Assembly: GCA_016790005.1 (NCBI GenBank)
Contig: JAEUNS010000053.1
Span: 1-36,077 of the forward strand
Direction of reading: 5' to 3'
Origin: Zoogloeaceae bacterium
GTDB taxonomy: Bacteria > Pseudomonadota > Gammaproteobacteria > Burkholderiales > Rhodocyclaceae
DNA: 36,077 bases
Below the pieces are notes generated by a model, which searched no databases, had not been told where the DNA came from, and saw only the letters and a program-made list of their open reading frames with translations. Both the position numbers and the translations under genes were made by a program. This document shows positions 20,448 through 29,659 of this stretch, in pieces (position 1 is the first letter of the stretch; every line of letters starts with the position of its first letter).

Positions 20448-21110
20448 ATGACCCAGGATGAACTCAAGAAGGCTGCAGCACTCGCAGCACTGGAATACGT
20501 CGAAGACGGCACGATCGTCGGCGTAGGCACGGGCTCTACCGTCAACCACTTCATCGACGGACTTGCATCGATCAAGGACAGGATCGCCGGGGCGGTGTCG
20601 AGTTCCGAGGCGAGTTCACAGCGCCTTGCTGCGCACGGGATCGCGCTCCGTGACCTGAACGACATCACTGACCTGCCGGTTTATGTAGACGGCGCGGACG
20701 AGATTGATGCCGGGCTCAGTATGATCAAGGGCGGCGGCGGTGCGCTCACCCGCGAGAAGATCGTCGCCGCTGTCGCCACGCGTTTCATCTGCATCTGTGA
20801 CGCCACAAAACGCGTTGAGCCCCTGGGCAGGTTTCCGCTGCCGGTCGAGGTGATTCCAATGGCGCGCGCCTATGTCGAACGCAGGCTCTATGCATTGGGC
20901 GGAAAACCTGTCCTGCGCACGGGTTTCGTGACCGACAATGGCAACCAGATCCTGGATGTACACGGTCTGCGGATAACGGCCCCACATGCGCTCGAGTCCG
21001 AGCTCAATCAGATCGTCGGCGTGGTCAGCAACGGGCTATTCGCCCATCGCGGTGCCGACATCCTGTTGCTCGCAACCTCCACCGGCGTCGAGCGGCTGGT
21101 GCGGCGCTGA
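20448..21110 (+). CDS. rpiA: Ribose-5-phosphate isomerase A
   Basis: 220 aa. [32 protein letters not shown] motifs. Confidence 0.95.
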   Translation: MTQDELKKAAALAALEYVEDGTIVGVGTGSTVNHFIDGLASIKDRIAGAVSSSEASSQRLAAHGIALRDLNDITDLPVYVDGADEIDAGLSMIKGGGGALTREKIVAAVATRFICICDATKRVEPLGRFPLPVEVIPMARAYVERRLYALGGKPVLRTGFVTDNGNQILDVHGLRITAPHALESELNQIVGVVSNGLFAHRGADILLLATSTGVERLVRR

Positions 21111-21199
21111 ACCCGCCGCTTGCAAGCACTCCAAGCCGACCTGCCTGCAACAAAACGGTCATATTCAACTGCTAGTCTGCTGGAACTGAGTCCTTTCGA

Positions 21200-21910
21200 A
21201 TGATCACGATGAACAAGCACACTGTCACCAAGTTCGACGACGAACTCGATGAAATCCAACGCCGTATTCTGCTGATGGCCGAATACGTTCGCTCCCAGGT
21301 CGTCGACGCGCTCGACGGGCTCACCGGCAACGACATGACCCTGATCGAAAAGGTGATTCAGGGTGACAAGCTGGTCAACAAGGAAGAGATGGAGCTCGAC
21401 GAGCGCTGCATTCAGCTCATCGCGCGGCATGCGCCACAAGCCAGTGACCTGCGCCTGGTCATGACGATGATGCAGATGATCACCGATCTCGAGCGGGTCG
21501 GCGACGAGGCGAAGAAGATGGCCAAGGCGGCCCGCCCGATCGTCGAAGCAGAATCCGCGTTCGTACCCAAGATCGAGCTGCGCTATGTAGCCAACATGGC
21601 CATCGAGATGCTCAGCAGTGCAATGGATGCCTTCGCACGCCAGGACGTTTCGGCAACCGTCGAGATTGCACGCAAGGACAAGGAAGTCGATGCGATCTTC
21701 AAGGGCATCCTGCGTCAGCTCGCAACCTTCATGATGGAAGATCCCCGCCTGATCACCCGCTCCCTCGATGTCTTGTTCATCGCCAAGGCGATCGAACGGA
21801 TTGGCGACCATGCCACCAACATAGCCGAGTACGTGGTTTTCATGGTCAAGGGCAAGGACGTTCGCCACTCGACGCTGGAATCGCTCGAACAACAGATCGA
21901 AAAGAGCTAA
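21200..21910 (+). CDS. phoU: Phosphate signalling complex protein PhoU
   Basis: Two PhoU repeats with DLERVGDEAKKMA and AIERIGDHATNIAEYV. No pst genes adjacent. Confidence 0.93.
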   Translation: MITMNKHTVTKFDDELDEIQRRILLMAEYVRSQVVDALDGLTGNDMTLIEKVIQGDKLVNKEEMELDERCIQLIARHAPQASDLRLVMTMMQMITDLERVGDEAKKMAKAARPIVEAESAFVPKIELRYVANMAIEMLSSAMDAFARQDVSATVEIARKDKEVDAIFKGILRQLATFMMEDPRLITRSLDVLFIAKAIERIGDHATNIAEYVVFMVKGKDVRHSTLESLEQQIEKS

Positions 21911-21988
21911 CGCAAAAAAGTCTCTCGCGAGGGGGAGGCCAGTCACCCGCTCGCGAAAGTATCCGGCAACGCCCCTTACCCAGGCGTT

Positions 21989-22561
21989 TCAATCAGATGA
22001 CAGCGAGTCCGGCGGAACCGGGTTGGCGATGAAATCAAGCTTGGCCGCAATATCTGCGCGCCGTATAGCGCCAATCGGCAAGCCCTTCCAGCACAGCATT
22101 CCAGAGCCTGCAATTGCCTGATCCAGCGCAAGTTCGTCGACGTCTCCACCGGTTACGGTAACACAACCGGCCAGCATGGCTGCCAGATCACGATCGTCGA
22201 GCAACCCCGGTCCGATCTGGGTTACGAACAGGATCGCACCTTCTTCGTCGATATGTACGCTTGTGGGCGGGCCCGCCACAAGGCCGGTATGCGTCACCAA
22301 AGCCCCGTCGGGCATCAGCCTGAACACCCAGGGCGCGTAATCAAGCTCAACAAAGACCTTTTGCGGTCCGTTGTGCACCACCCAGCAGCCAGAATCATCA
22401 CGACGATAGTTGTACCCGACAAAGGCATTCAGCCCCGCATGATGAATCGGCTCGCCCTTGAGGCGCCACATGCCTCGTCTATCGAGTGATAGCCAGCCGT
22501 AACACGCAGGTACGTTTGGCCATACTCTGTCCGAGTCGGACACCTGCAAACCCGCACTCAT
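21989..22561 (-). CDS. Hypothetical protein, 190 aa
   Basis: ORF trimmed to ATG 22561, 62 nt downstream of yggX on the same strand. Notable N-terminal motif PACYGWLSLDRRGMWRLKGEPI. I recognise no family. Confidence 0.65.
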   Translation of the reverse strand: MSAGLQVSDSDRVWPNVPACYGWLSLDRRGMWRLKGEPIHHAGLNAFVGYNYRRDDSGCWVVHNGPQKVFVELDYAPWVFRLMPDGALVTHTGLVAGPPTSVHIDEEGAILFVTQIGPGLLDDRDLAAMLAGCVTVTGGDVDELALDQAIAGSGMLCWKGLPIGAIRRADIAAKLDFIANPVPPDSLSSD

Positions 22562-22623
22562 GCCGCTTCGGCCCGCATGCGCATCAGCCCCGCACGGACG
22601 CCGCGAATGCCTGATTGACCCAC

Positions 22624-22896
22624 TCAGGCCGCCGGCGGGACGTAACCACCCACCTGATCGGCGCCCTCGCCGAAGAAGTGCTTTTCCATCTGCTCGGACA
22701 GGTACTTGCGTGCACGTGCATCCATCAGATTGAGGCGGTTCTCGTTGATCAGCATGGTCTGGTACTTCACCCACTGCTGCCAGGCCTCCTTCGAGACGTT
22801 TTCATAGATCCGCTTGCCCAGCGCGCCCGGCACCGGCGGCAGATCGAGCCCTTCCGACTCACGCCCGAGTTTCACGCAATTTACCATTCGTGCCAT
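22624..22896 (-). CDS. yggX: Fe(2+)-trafficking / oxidative damage protection protein YggX
   Basis: 90 aa, full-length YggX pattern ([18 protein letters not shown]...[20 protein letters not shown]...LNL). Confidence 0.93.
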   Translation of the reverse strand: MARMVNCVKLGRESEGLDLPPVPGALGKRIYENVSKEAWQQWVKYQTMLINENRLNLMDARARKYLSEQMEKHFFGEGADQVGGYVPPAA

Positions 22897-22899
22897 TGT

Positions 22900-24687
22900 C
22901 TATTCCCCTTCAAGTTTACTTTCATCCGACCCACCCACCCGGGCATTGTCGTCACATTCGGGATTTTCACCAGCAATCGACCAGCGGTTGCGGCCGCTGC
23001 TCTTTGAAAAATACATGGCCTGATCCGCAACTGCAATCAGACGCTCTGCGTCGGCCGCATGTTCTGGAAACACCGCAATCCCCAGACTGGCGGTGAGGCT
23101 GACCGTACGCCCGCCAAACTCGAAACGCAGCGCCGCTATGGCCTCCACGATCCGGCGCGCAAGTTCCTGAAGCGCACGCACTGCGGTATCGGGTGCAAGC
23201 ACCGCGAATTCATCGCCGCCGAGGCGAAAGAAAATCTCATCGCGCCGAATCATCGCCCCTACAGCTCGGGCGAGTGTCACCAGTACCTCATCGCCCGCCT
23301 GATGCCCAAACTCGTCATTGATCGGCTTGAAGCCGTCGAGATCGATCATCACCAATCCGGTCTTGCCAGATTTGCGCCGCGCATTGGCGAGGGCCCGGTC
23401 AAGCTCCTCATGAAACCGGCGCCGGTTGAAAAGGTCGGTCAGCGGATCGCGTTCGGCCAACTGCACGAGTCGCCGCGCCGTCTGGTGCGCCTCGGTTACA
23501 TCCTCGTAAATCCACACTCGACCGATATCGGTGTTGTCGGGCCCACCTTCGACCAGCGCAGTCGCATCGGTGAGGATTCGCCCATCCTTGAGCGGGATCT
23601 CGCCGATCTTGTGATTGTCCCGCTGGCCCAGGCGCTCCTGCACATGGGCGAGAAAGGCCTCGGGGTCGGTCGGAAGATGGGCCATGCGACTATGCAGCAC
23701 GACGTCGCGCACCCCGATCAGGTTTTCTTCAGGCTGAAACCCCCACATGTCGAGCATTGCCCTGTTGTAGTAGAGCACCCGATGATCGCGATCCATGAAC
23801 AGAATACCCAGCCGGATCACATTCAGCAGCGCCGTAAGGCGCATCCGCTCGTCCTTGCTGCGCGACAGGTAGTGTTCGCGCAAGGCCTGCGAGCGCCGCA
23901 ATTCGGCAACCGTTTCGAGAAGCTTGTATTCGGTTTCCTTGCGCGCATGGATATCCTCGGCTGACAGCCGCAAGCCCCGCAAGGCATCGTCGTCTCCCCC
24001 GAGCGGACGCAGGTGGCACGCGACCCAGCCGGTGCTCCCGTCGCGGCGCACCAGACGCATCTCGAAGTCTTCGGCACGGCTTCCGGCCGCGATCTGGGCC
24101 GCCATCTTGCGGTAGAAACCACGATCGGACTCGTGCACCAGGACACTGACGGCATCCTGCGCGGCCAGACAATCGGCCTGCGTCTGACCGGTCAAGCGCT
24201 CGACCGAGGGGCTGATCCAGACCAGTCTGCCAGACAAGTCGAAAAGCGCCTCAAGACCATGAACGCCCTCCTCGATCTCGCGCAGGAGCCGAAGCTGACG
24301 GGCAGCCGCGTCTATGCGCTCGAACATCTCACGCGAGGCAGGTTCCGGCGTCGGCGCGAACTCGACCCCGCCCGCAGGCGGATTGGCGCTATCGAGCAAC
24401 TGAATATGCTTGAAGACCTGCAGCCGATAGAGCTCGCGTACATGGCAACGGGCCAGCACATGCCGATACGCAATCGCCCCCGACACGGCACCGGTTGCCA
24501 ACAACGCCGCGGTGGTGAGCCACCAGTCACCTGCCGCGAGATGCAGCGCCAGAATGAGCCCCGCCACCGCAGCCGCGACCAGGCCGAACACCAGCGCCAG
24601 TGCAGCACTGCCATCCGGTGGGTGAGCAGGTTCGCGCCGCGCTGGCCCACCCGGGCCCTGCTCCCGCATCGAAGAGTCAGCAGTCAT
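22900..24687 (-). CDS. Membrane-anchored PAS-PAS-GGDEF diguanylate cyclase
   Basis: Two N-terminal TM helices, two PAS-like segments, GGDEF domain with intact RLGGDEF (codons at 23206-23220). Start trimmed to ATG 24687, which overlaps the argA TGA (ATGA). Confidence 0.88.
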   Translation of the reverse strand: MTADSSMREQGPGGPARREPAHPPDGSAALALVFGLVAAAVAGLILALHLAAGDWWLTTAALLATGAVSGAIAYRHVLARCHVRELYRLQVFKHIQLLDSANPPAGGVEFAPTPEPASREMFERIDAAARQLRLLREIEEGVHGLEALFDLSGRLVWISPSVERLTGQTQADCLAAQDAVSVLVHESDRGFYRKMAAQIAAGSRAEDFEMRLVRRDGSTGWVACHLRPLGGDDDALRGLRLSAEDIHARKETEYKLLETVAELRRSQALREHYLSRSKDERMRLTALLNVIRLGILFMDRDHRVLYYNRAMLDMWGFQPEENLIGVRDVVLHSRMAHLPTDPEAFLAHVQERLGQRDNHKIGEIPLKDGRILTDATALVEGGPDNTDIGRVWIYEDVTEAHQTARRLVQLAERDPLTDLFNRRRFHEELDRALANARRKSGKTGLVMIDLDGFKPINDEFGHQAGDEVLVTLARAVGAMIRRDEIFFRLGGDEFAVLAPDTAVRALQELARRIVEAIAALRFEFGGRTVSLTASLGIAVFPEHAADAERLIAVADQAMYFSKSSGRNRWSIAGENPECDDNARVGGSDESKLEGE

Positions 24688-26045
24688 AAGGTCTTGACGA
24701 ACACCTTTGAACGGCGCTGGTAGTTGTAGAGCTCGCGCTTCTGGCGCGGCAGTGAATCGGGGTCGGTTTCGACGAAGCCGCGCTCGCGAAACCAGTGGGC
24801 GGTACGTGTCGTGAGCACGAACAGACGCTCGAAACGGAGCGAGCGCGCGCGCCGCTCGAGTCGCCGCAGCAATTGATCGCCCAGGCCCGAGCGCCGGTAT
24901 TCCGGGGTCACCGCGAGACAGGCCAGTTCGGCCGCCCGCTCGTCGCTGAACGGATACAGCGCCGCACACCCGACCAGCACGCCGTCATGCTCAACCAGGG
25001 TGAAGCGCTCGATCTCCTGCTCGAGCAACTCGCGGCCACGTCTTACCAGCGTGCCATCGGCCTCCATCGGCGTAATCAGCGCCACCAGTGCGCCAACATC
25101 GTCGATTGTGGCCTCGCGCAGACGAAACAGCGGATCACGCGAAATCACTGTGCCCACGCCAGCATGGGTGAAGAATTCGAGCAACAGCCCGCCATCCTTG
25201 TCATGGTCGATCAAGTGGGCCCGTGCCACGCCTCTGCGTACCGCGCTGATCGCGCGCGGCAGGTAAAGATCAAGATCCTCGGTCAGGCCCTCGCCTGCAA
25301 GCAGCATGCGCTGGGCCTCATCGGCGGTGATCGAATCGATCAGGCGCCCGTCGCCATCGAGCAGCCCCGGGGCATCGCACAGGTAGATCAGCTTCTCGGC
25401 TTTCAACGCAACCGCCACCGCTTCGGCGACATCTTCCACGCTCAGGTTGAAGATCTCGCCAGCAGGCGACACCCCCATCGGAGTGATCAGCACCACATTC
25501 TGCTGGTCGAGGTCGGCGTTGATCTCTTCGGCAATGATCTTTCGCACCGCGCCCGTGTATTGGTAGTCGATGCCCTCGACGACACCCACCGGGCGCGCGG
25601 TGATGAAGTTGCCGCTGGTCACCCGCATGTAGCTACCCGCCATCGGGGTGTTGGGCAAGCCTTGCGACAACAAGGCCTCGAGTTCGAGCCGGGTGACCCC
25701 CATTGCAGCCTTTACACACTCCAGCGCTGGGGCATCGGTCACCCGCACGCCATGGTGATAGCGCGGCTCGAGGCCACGGCGGGCCATTTCAGCTTCGATC
25801 TGCGGGCGCGCGCCATGCACCAGCACAAGCCGAATGCCCAGCGCGGCAAGAAGGTTGCAATCGTAGGCCAGACTCTGGGCCCGCGGCCCCTCCATGACCT
25901 CGCCGCCGAAGCCGATCACGAAGGTGCGGCCACGAAACGCATGGATATAAGGTGCAGCGCCTCGCACCCAGGAGACGAACTGGAGTTGGCTGGTGTCGCT
26001 CGCAGCCTCATTGGCCGCAGTGGTGTGTCTGGTGTCGCTGGTCAA
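24684..26045 (-). CDS. argA: Amino-acid N-acetyltransferase (N-acetylglutamate synthase)
   Basis: Collinear by eye with E. coli ArgA: kinase-like domain (PYIHAFRGRTFVI..., LVLVHGARPQI) plus C-terminal GNAT domain (LFVLTTRTAHWFRERGF). The annotated start 26045 is a TTG, so the start is uncertain. Confidence 0.92.
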   Translation of the reverse strand: MTSDTRHTTAANEAASDTSQLQFVSWVRGAAPYIHAFRGRTFVIGFGGEVMEGPRAQSLAYDCNLLAALGIRLVLVHGARPQIEAEMARRGLEPRYHHGVRVTDAPALECVKAAMGVTRLELEALLSQGLPNTPMAGSYMRVTSGNFITARPVGVVEGIDYQYTGAVRKIIAEEINADLDQQNVVLITPMGVSPAGEIFNLSVEDVAEAVAVALKAEKLIYLCDAPGLLDGDGRLIDSITADEAQRMLLAGEGLTEDLDLYLPRAISAVRRGVARAHLIDHDKDGGLLLEFFTHAGVGTVISRDPLFRLREATIDDVGALVALITPMEADGTLVRRGRELLEQEIERFTLVEHDGVLVGCAALYPFSDERAAELACLAVTPEYRRSGLGDQLLRRLERRARSLRFERLFVLTTRTAHWFRERGFVETDPDSLPRQKRELYNYQRRSKVFVKTL

Positions 26046-26177
26046 GCAGTTACCCGTGTCGTGGAGGTTCCGTGGCCCGCATGCAGCAGCAATCGGGCGA
26101 GTCAGGATGGCATTGTATCGGAACCGCCTGCGGGGCTCCGCGACAGCGTTACAGACCGTTACCGGACGGCCGCTCCC

Positions 26178-27665
26178 TCATTTCTTGAGCGCGGCCTCGA
26201 TCCGATCGCATAGCGTCTGCAACACCTTGATGCGGGCGTAGTATTTGTTGTTGGCCTCGACCAGCGTCCACGCCGCGTTCTCGGTACTGGTGCGGTCGAT
26301 CATGTCACAGACCGCCCGCTCGTACTCACCCCACTTGTCGCGATTGCGCCAGTCCTCCTCGGTGATCTTGAAGCGCTTGTGAGGCTCGGCCTCACGCTCC
26401 TTGAAGCGTTCGAGCTGAATATCAGCACTGATCGCAAGCCAGAACTTCACCACGATTCCACCCGCCGCGATGATCTCGTCCTCGAAATCGTTGATCTCGG
26501 CATAGGCACGCATCCAGTCGGCAGGGGAGCAATAGCCTTCGACCCGCTCGACCAAGACCCGCCCATACCATGACCGATCGAAGATCAAGACTCGTCCCCG
26601 CCGCGGCAACTGGCGCCAGAATCTCCACAGATAAGGCTTTGCCAGCTCTTCGTCGGTGGGCGCTGCAATCGGTACGATCCGGTAGCGACGCGCATCGAGG
26701 GCTGCGGTGACACGCCGGATCGCGCCACCCTTGCCGGCTGCGTCATGACCTTCGAACACCAGCACCAATGATCGCGCGGCAAACGCCTTGTCGCGCACCA
26801 GCATGGCCAGCCTGCCCTGCAGCTCTTCGAGCTGAATGTTGTAGTCCTTCTTGCTCAGGGGCTGGTCGAGCACCAAGGTATTGAGCAGGTTCTGACCGTC
26901 GAGCACCGGCGGCAACGCTGGCGCGGTCTGGCGCGGCTCCCAGTGGTGGCTCGCAGCATCGAGACGTCGGCGCAGCGCATCAAGCAGCGCCCGCGCGACG
27001 AACAGCGCACGATAACGGGGATCGGAGCCATCGACGAGCTGCCACGGCGCCTCGCCGGTGCTGGTACGGCGCAACACATGCTCGGCCACCTCGCGAAATC
27101 GGTCGTACAGCTTGTAGTAATGCCAGTCGAGCTCGGTCACCCGCCAACGGGTGCGCGGGTCTTTTTCGAGTGCCTCGAGGCGTGTCTTCTGTCCGGCCTT
27201 TGGCAGATGAAACCAAAGCTTCAGCAGCAGCACCCCTTCCCTGACGAGCATGCTTTCAAAGCGTACGATGTCGTCGAGATGCTGGTCGAGTTCGGCCTTC
27301 TTGGTGAGCTTCTCGACCCGCTCCTGAATCGGGTCGGTGTACCAGTTACCGAACATCACCCCGATCTTGCCCTTGGGCGGGAGTGCGCGCCAGAAGCGCC
27401 ACATGTAGGGCCGCTCGGCCTCCTCCGACGTGGGTGAATCGAAAGCCTGGGTCTCGATGTGGCGGGGATCCATCCACTCGTTGAGCAGATTCACCGTCTC
27501 GCCCTTACCCGCACCATCCACGCCATTGATCAGGATCACCACTGAAAATGGCGCCTGCTCGCGCAGATCGAACTGGGCATCGAGAAGATCTGCGCGCAGT
27601 TGCGGCTCGAGCTTCTCGAACTCTTCCTTGGGGGTTTGGTGACCGATCTCGACCGATTCGAACAT
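26178..27665 (-). CDS. pap: Two-domain PPK2-family enzyme (polyphosphate:AMP phosphotransferase type)
   Basis: 495 aa with duplicated PPK2 modules: Walker A-like GVDGAGKG and GHDAAGKGG, each followed by W(R)FW and FxRSWY/GNWY motifs. Start ATG 27665 lies 1 nt after the rsmE stop. Confidence 0.88.
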   Translation of the reverse strand: MFESVEIGHQTPKEEFEKLEPQLRADLLDAQFDLREQAPFSVVILINGVDGAGKGETVNLLNEWMDPRHIETQAFDSPTSEEAERPYMWRFWRALPPKGKIGVMFGNWYTDPIQERVEKLTKKAELDQHLDDIVRFESMLVREGVLLLKLWFHLPKAGQKTRLEALEKDPRTRWRVTELDWHYYKLYDRFREVAEHVLRRTSTGEAPWQLVDGSDPRYRALFVARALLDALRRRLDAASHHWEPRQTAPALPPVLDGQNLLNTLVLDQPLSKKDYNIQLEELQGRLAMLVRDKAFAARSLVLVFEGHDAAGKGGAIRRVTAALDARRYRIVPIAAPTDEELAKPYLWRFWRQLPRRGRVLIFDRSWYGRVLVERVEGYCSPADWMRAYAEINDFEDEIIAAGGIVVKFWLAISADIQLERFKEREAEPHKRFKITEEDWRNRDKWGEYERAVCDMIDRTSTENAAWTLVEANNKYYARIKVLQTLCDRIEAALKK

Positions 27666-27666
27666 T

Positions 27667-28392
27667 TCAAACGTCTCCCCACAAAACCTGTGCTGCTGCA
27701 AGCGCAGCAAGCCCGGCAGTTTCAGTCCGCAGTACCCTCGGACCAAGAGTCGCCAGCACACAATTTGCCGCCCTGCAGGCAGCAAGTTCGTCATCGGCCC
27801 ACCCACCCTCCGGACCGATCAGAAGATGACGCGGACCACCGGGAGGCCCCAAAACCCGCATCGAACGCTCGGCCGTGGGCACGAACATAAGCTTGTCGGT
27901 GTCGCGATGAGTCGCCAGGTACTGCGCAAGCGACACGATCGGTGCAAGTTCGGGCACCCGATTACGGCCGCTCTGCTCACAGGCCGACACCATCACCTGT
28001 TGCCAGTGGGCGACGCGCTTCACGGCACGCTCGCCGGAAAGGCGCAAAACGGTTCTACGGGTCTCGACCGGAATCACCCCGGCCACACCCAGCTCGACAG
28101 CCTTCTGCACGATCCAGTCCATCTTGTCGCCGCTGGCGAGCGCCTGCACCAACACCAATTCCAGCGGTGACTCACGATCGACCGGGTCGTAGGCCTCGAC
28201 AGCGGCAAACCACTCGCGCCCACCCCCATGCAGGCGTGCCGCCACCTCGCCTCCGCGCCCATCGAAAAGCACCATCGGATCGCCCGCCCCCATCCGCAAC
28301 ACGCGCGTCGCATGATGCGCAAGCGCGTCCGGCAGGCGAACATGGCCTGAAGCGGGCAATGGTTCGGGAAAAAAGAAGCGAGAAATCATCAT
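27667..28392 (-). CDS. rsmE: 16S rRNA (uracil1498-N3)-methyltransferase RsmE
   Basis: SRFFFPEPL N-terminus, HHATRVLRM, C-terminal LLIGPEGGW...LGPRVLRTETA knot motif. Start 28392 or 28389. Confidence 0.9.
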   Translation of the reverse strand: MMISRFFFPEPLPASGHVRLPDALAHHATRVLRMGAGDPMVLFDGRGGEVAARLHGGGREWFAAVEAYDPVDRESPLELVLVQALASGDKMDWIVQKAVELGVAGVIPVETRRTVLRLSGERAVKRVAHWQQVMVSACEQSGRNRVPELAPIVSLAQYLATHRDTDKLMFVPTAERSMRVLGPPGGPRHLLIGPEGGWADDELAACRAANCVLATLGPRVLRTETAGLAALAAAQVLWGDV

Positions 28393-28502
28393 GGTATTAT
28401 AGGGGCACTCGGCGAATCCGGAGCATGCGCGCACACGCCGGTAGAACGCACGAATCTTCGCGACCGCGCCTGTGCGCTCGCGGCCAAGAATCAGGAGCAA
28501 CA

Positions 28503-29312
28503 ATGCCCAATGCAATGGCACGCCTTGCCAATGCCCGCGCCCTGGAATCCCTGGTGCGCGAAGTTGCGCGCGAGGTCATCCTGCCGCGCTATCTGAAGAC
28601 GGCTCGAAGCCAGAAGGCCGATGGTTCGCTGTTCACCGAAGCCGACCTGGAATCACAGCGGCGCTTCAGCGAAGAACTACCCAGCCTCATGCCGGGTCCG
28701 GTCCTCGGTGAAGAAATGAGTGATGAAGAACAGGCTCGTTGCTGGGCCGACGGTCGCCAGGGCATGTGGTGTATCGACCCGATCGACGGCACGACCAATT
28801 TTGCCAACGGCATCCCGTTCTTTGCGGTTTCGATTGCCTATCTGGTCGATCATGAGCCCCGCTTCGGCGTCGTGTATAACCCGGTCACCGATGAATCCTT
28901 CTACGCCGCGAAGGGCGCCGGCGCATTCCTGAACGGCACGGAGTTGCCGCTGCGCAATGCTGCAACGAGACTGTGCGACGCGGTTGCCGGCATCGATTTC
29001 AAGCGCATCAGCAACCATCTAGGCGACGAACTCGCGGTCCGCCCACCTTATTATTCGCAACGCAACTTCGGCTCGAGCGCGCTGGAGTGGTGTTTTGTCG
29101 CAGCCGGCCGACTGGACGTATATCTTCACGGCGGCCAGAAGCTGTGGGACTATGCGGCCGGCCAACTGATTCTGGACGAAGCCGGCGGCAAGGCGGTCTC
29201 GCTCGACGGCGGCTCGCTGATGGCGGGCCCGTCCGTCAAACGCGGGGTGATTGCGGCGGCGAGCCCGTCGCTGTTCAGCGAGTGGCGAACCTGGCTTGCT
29301 GCGCACTCTTGA
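28503..29312 (+). CDS. Inositol monophosphatase family protein (SuhB-like sugar phosphatase)
   Basis: Motifs GEE, WCIDPIDGTTNFANG, WDYAAG. Start ATG 28503 with AGGAG 8 nt upstream. The longer track ORF (27942) is an Arg/Pro-rich shadow over rsmE. Confidence 0.88.
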   Translation: MPNAMARLANARALESLVREVAREVILPRYLKTARSQKADGSLFTEADLESQRRFSEELPSLMPGPVLGEEMSDEEQARCWADGRQGMWCIDPIDGTTNFANGIPFFAVSIAYLVDHEPRFGVVYNPVTDESFYAAKGAGAFLNGTELPLRNAATRLCDAVAGIDFKRISNHLGDELAVRPPYYSQRNFGSSALEWCFVAAGRLDVYLHGGQKLWDYAAGQLILDEAGGKAVSLDGGSLMAGPSVKRGVIAAASPSLFSEWRTWLAAHS

Positions 29313-29345
29313 TCGGCGATTTACTGACTTTGCCCACTGAAACGT

Positions 29346-29597
29346 ATGAGCGCCCCGGACCCATCCCCAGCATCAAACACCGCCGGCGTAGAACGTCGCG
29401 AGCACCTGAGGGCACGAGAAGTGTTTAACGAAGCGATCACACTGATCGAGCCTTTTTTCGCGCCCGAAAACCATTGGGGCAGCCGCAGTCTCGACCACCT
29501 TGCCTACCGCACCCTTCGCGACCGCTACCCTGACATGAGTTATGACGAAGTTCATGTACTGGTGGTGGCCGCGAGGCGTGTGTTTGCATCGCGCTGA
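29346..29597 (+). CDS. Small hypothetical protein, 83 aa (coding status uncertain)
   Basis: Only sizeable sense ORF in the 347-nt gap before prk. No clear Shine-Dalgarno. About one third of codons end in A/T, which by eye looks more frequent than in neighbouring genes. Confidence 0.4.
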   Translation: MSAPDPSPASNTAGVERREHLRAREVFNEAITLIEPFFAPENHWGSRSLDHLAYRTLRDRYPDMSYDEVHVLVVAARRVFASR

Positions 29598-29659
29598 CTG
29601 GCACACGGCACTCGTCGCATCCGGCCACCACGAACTCGCTTGATCACTGGAGGCTTAAA

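Noticed and set aside
21156-21175. Pho-box-like sequence CGGTCATATTCAACTGCTAG upstream of phoU.
   Set aside because: The first half-site is 6/7 to CTGTCAT, but the second half-site is poor (4/7) and has the wrong spacing.
23206-23250. Allosteric RxxD inhibitory site upstream of GGDEF in the cyclase.
   Set aside because: The sequence reads MIRRDEIFFRLGGDEF. The R and D spacing (RRD) and the distance to GGDEF do not fit the canonical RxxD placed five residues upstream, so I make no I-site claim.
24688-24969. N-terminal extensions of supplied track ORFs. For the GGDEF gene this is 24688-24969. Others are nrdR 2810-2872, gpmA 9375-9488, ferritin-like 19004-19156, hyp190 22562-22774, pap 27666-27806, rsmE 28393-28521, IMPase 27942-28502 and epd 33828-33890.
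   Set aside because: The extensions overlap neighbouring genes or run through hairpins, and are Arg/Pro-rich. In each case an internal ATG reproduces the canonical N-terminus of the family, often with a Shine-Dalgarno sequence.
25990-26039. 11-nt direct repeat CTGGTGTCGCT (25990-26000 and 26029-26039) at the 5' end of argA.
   Set aside because: It is in-frame and encodes a duplicated S-D-T tripeptide in a non-conserved N-terminal extension. It is too short to indicate anything beyond local slippage.
26050-26082. 10-codon upstream ORF (MRATEPPRHG) in the argA leader on the minus strand, considered as a possible leader peptide.
   Set aside because: Only two Arg codons, no adjacent alternative terminator/antiterminator structures, and no Shine-Dalgarno. 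Probably fortuitous.
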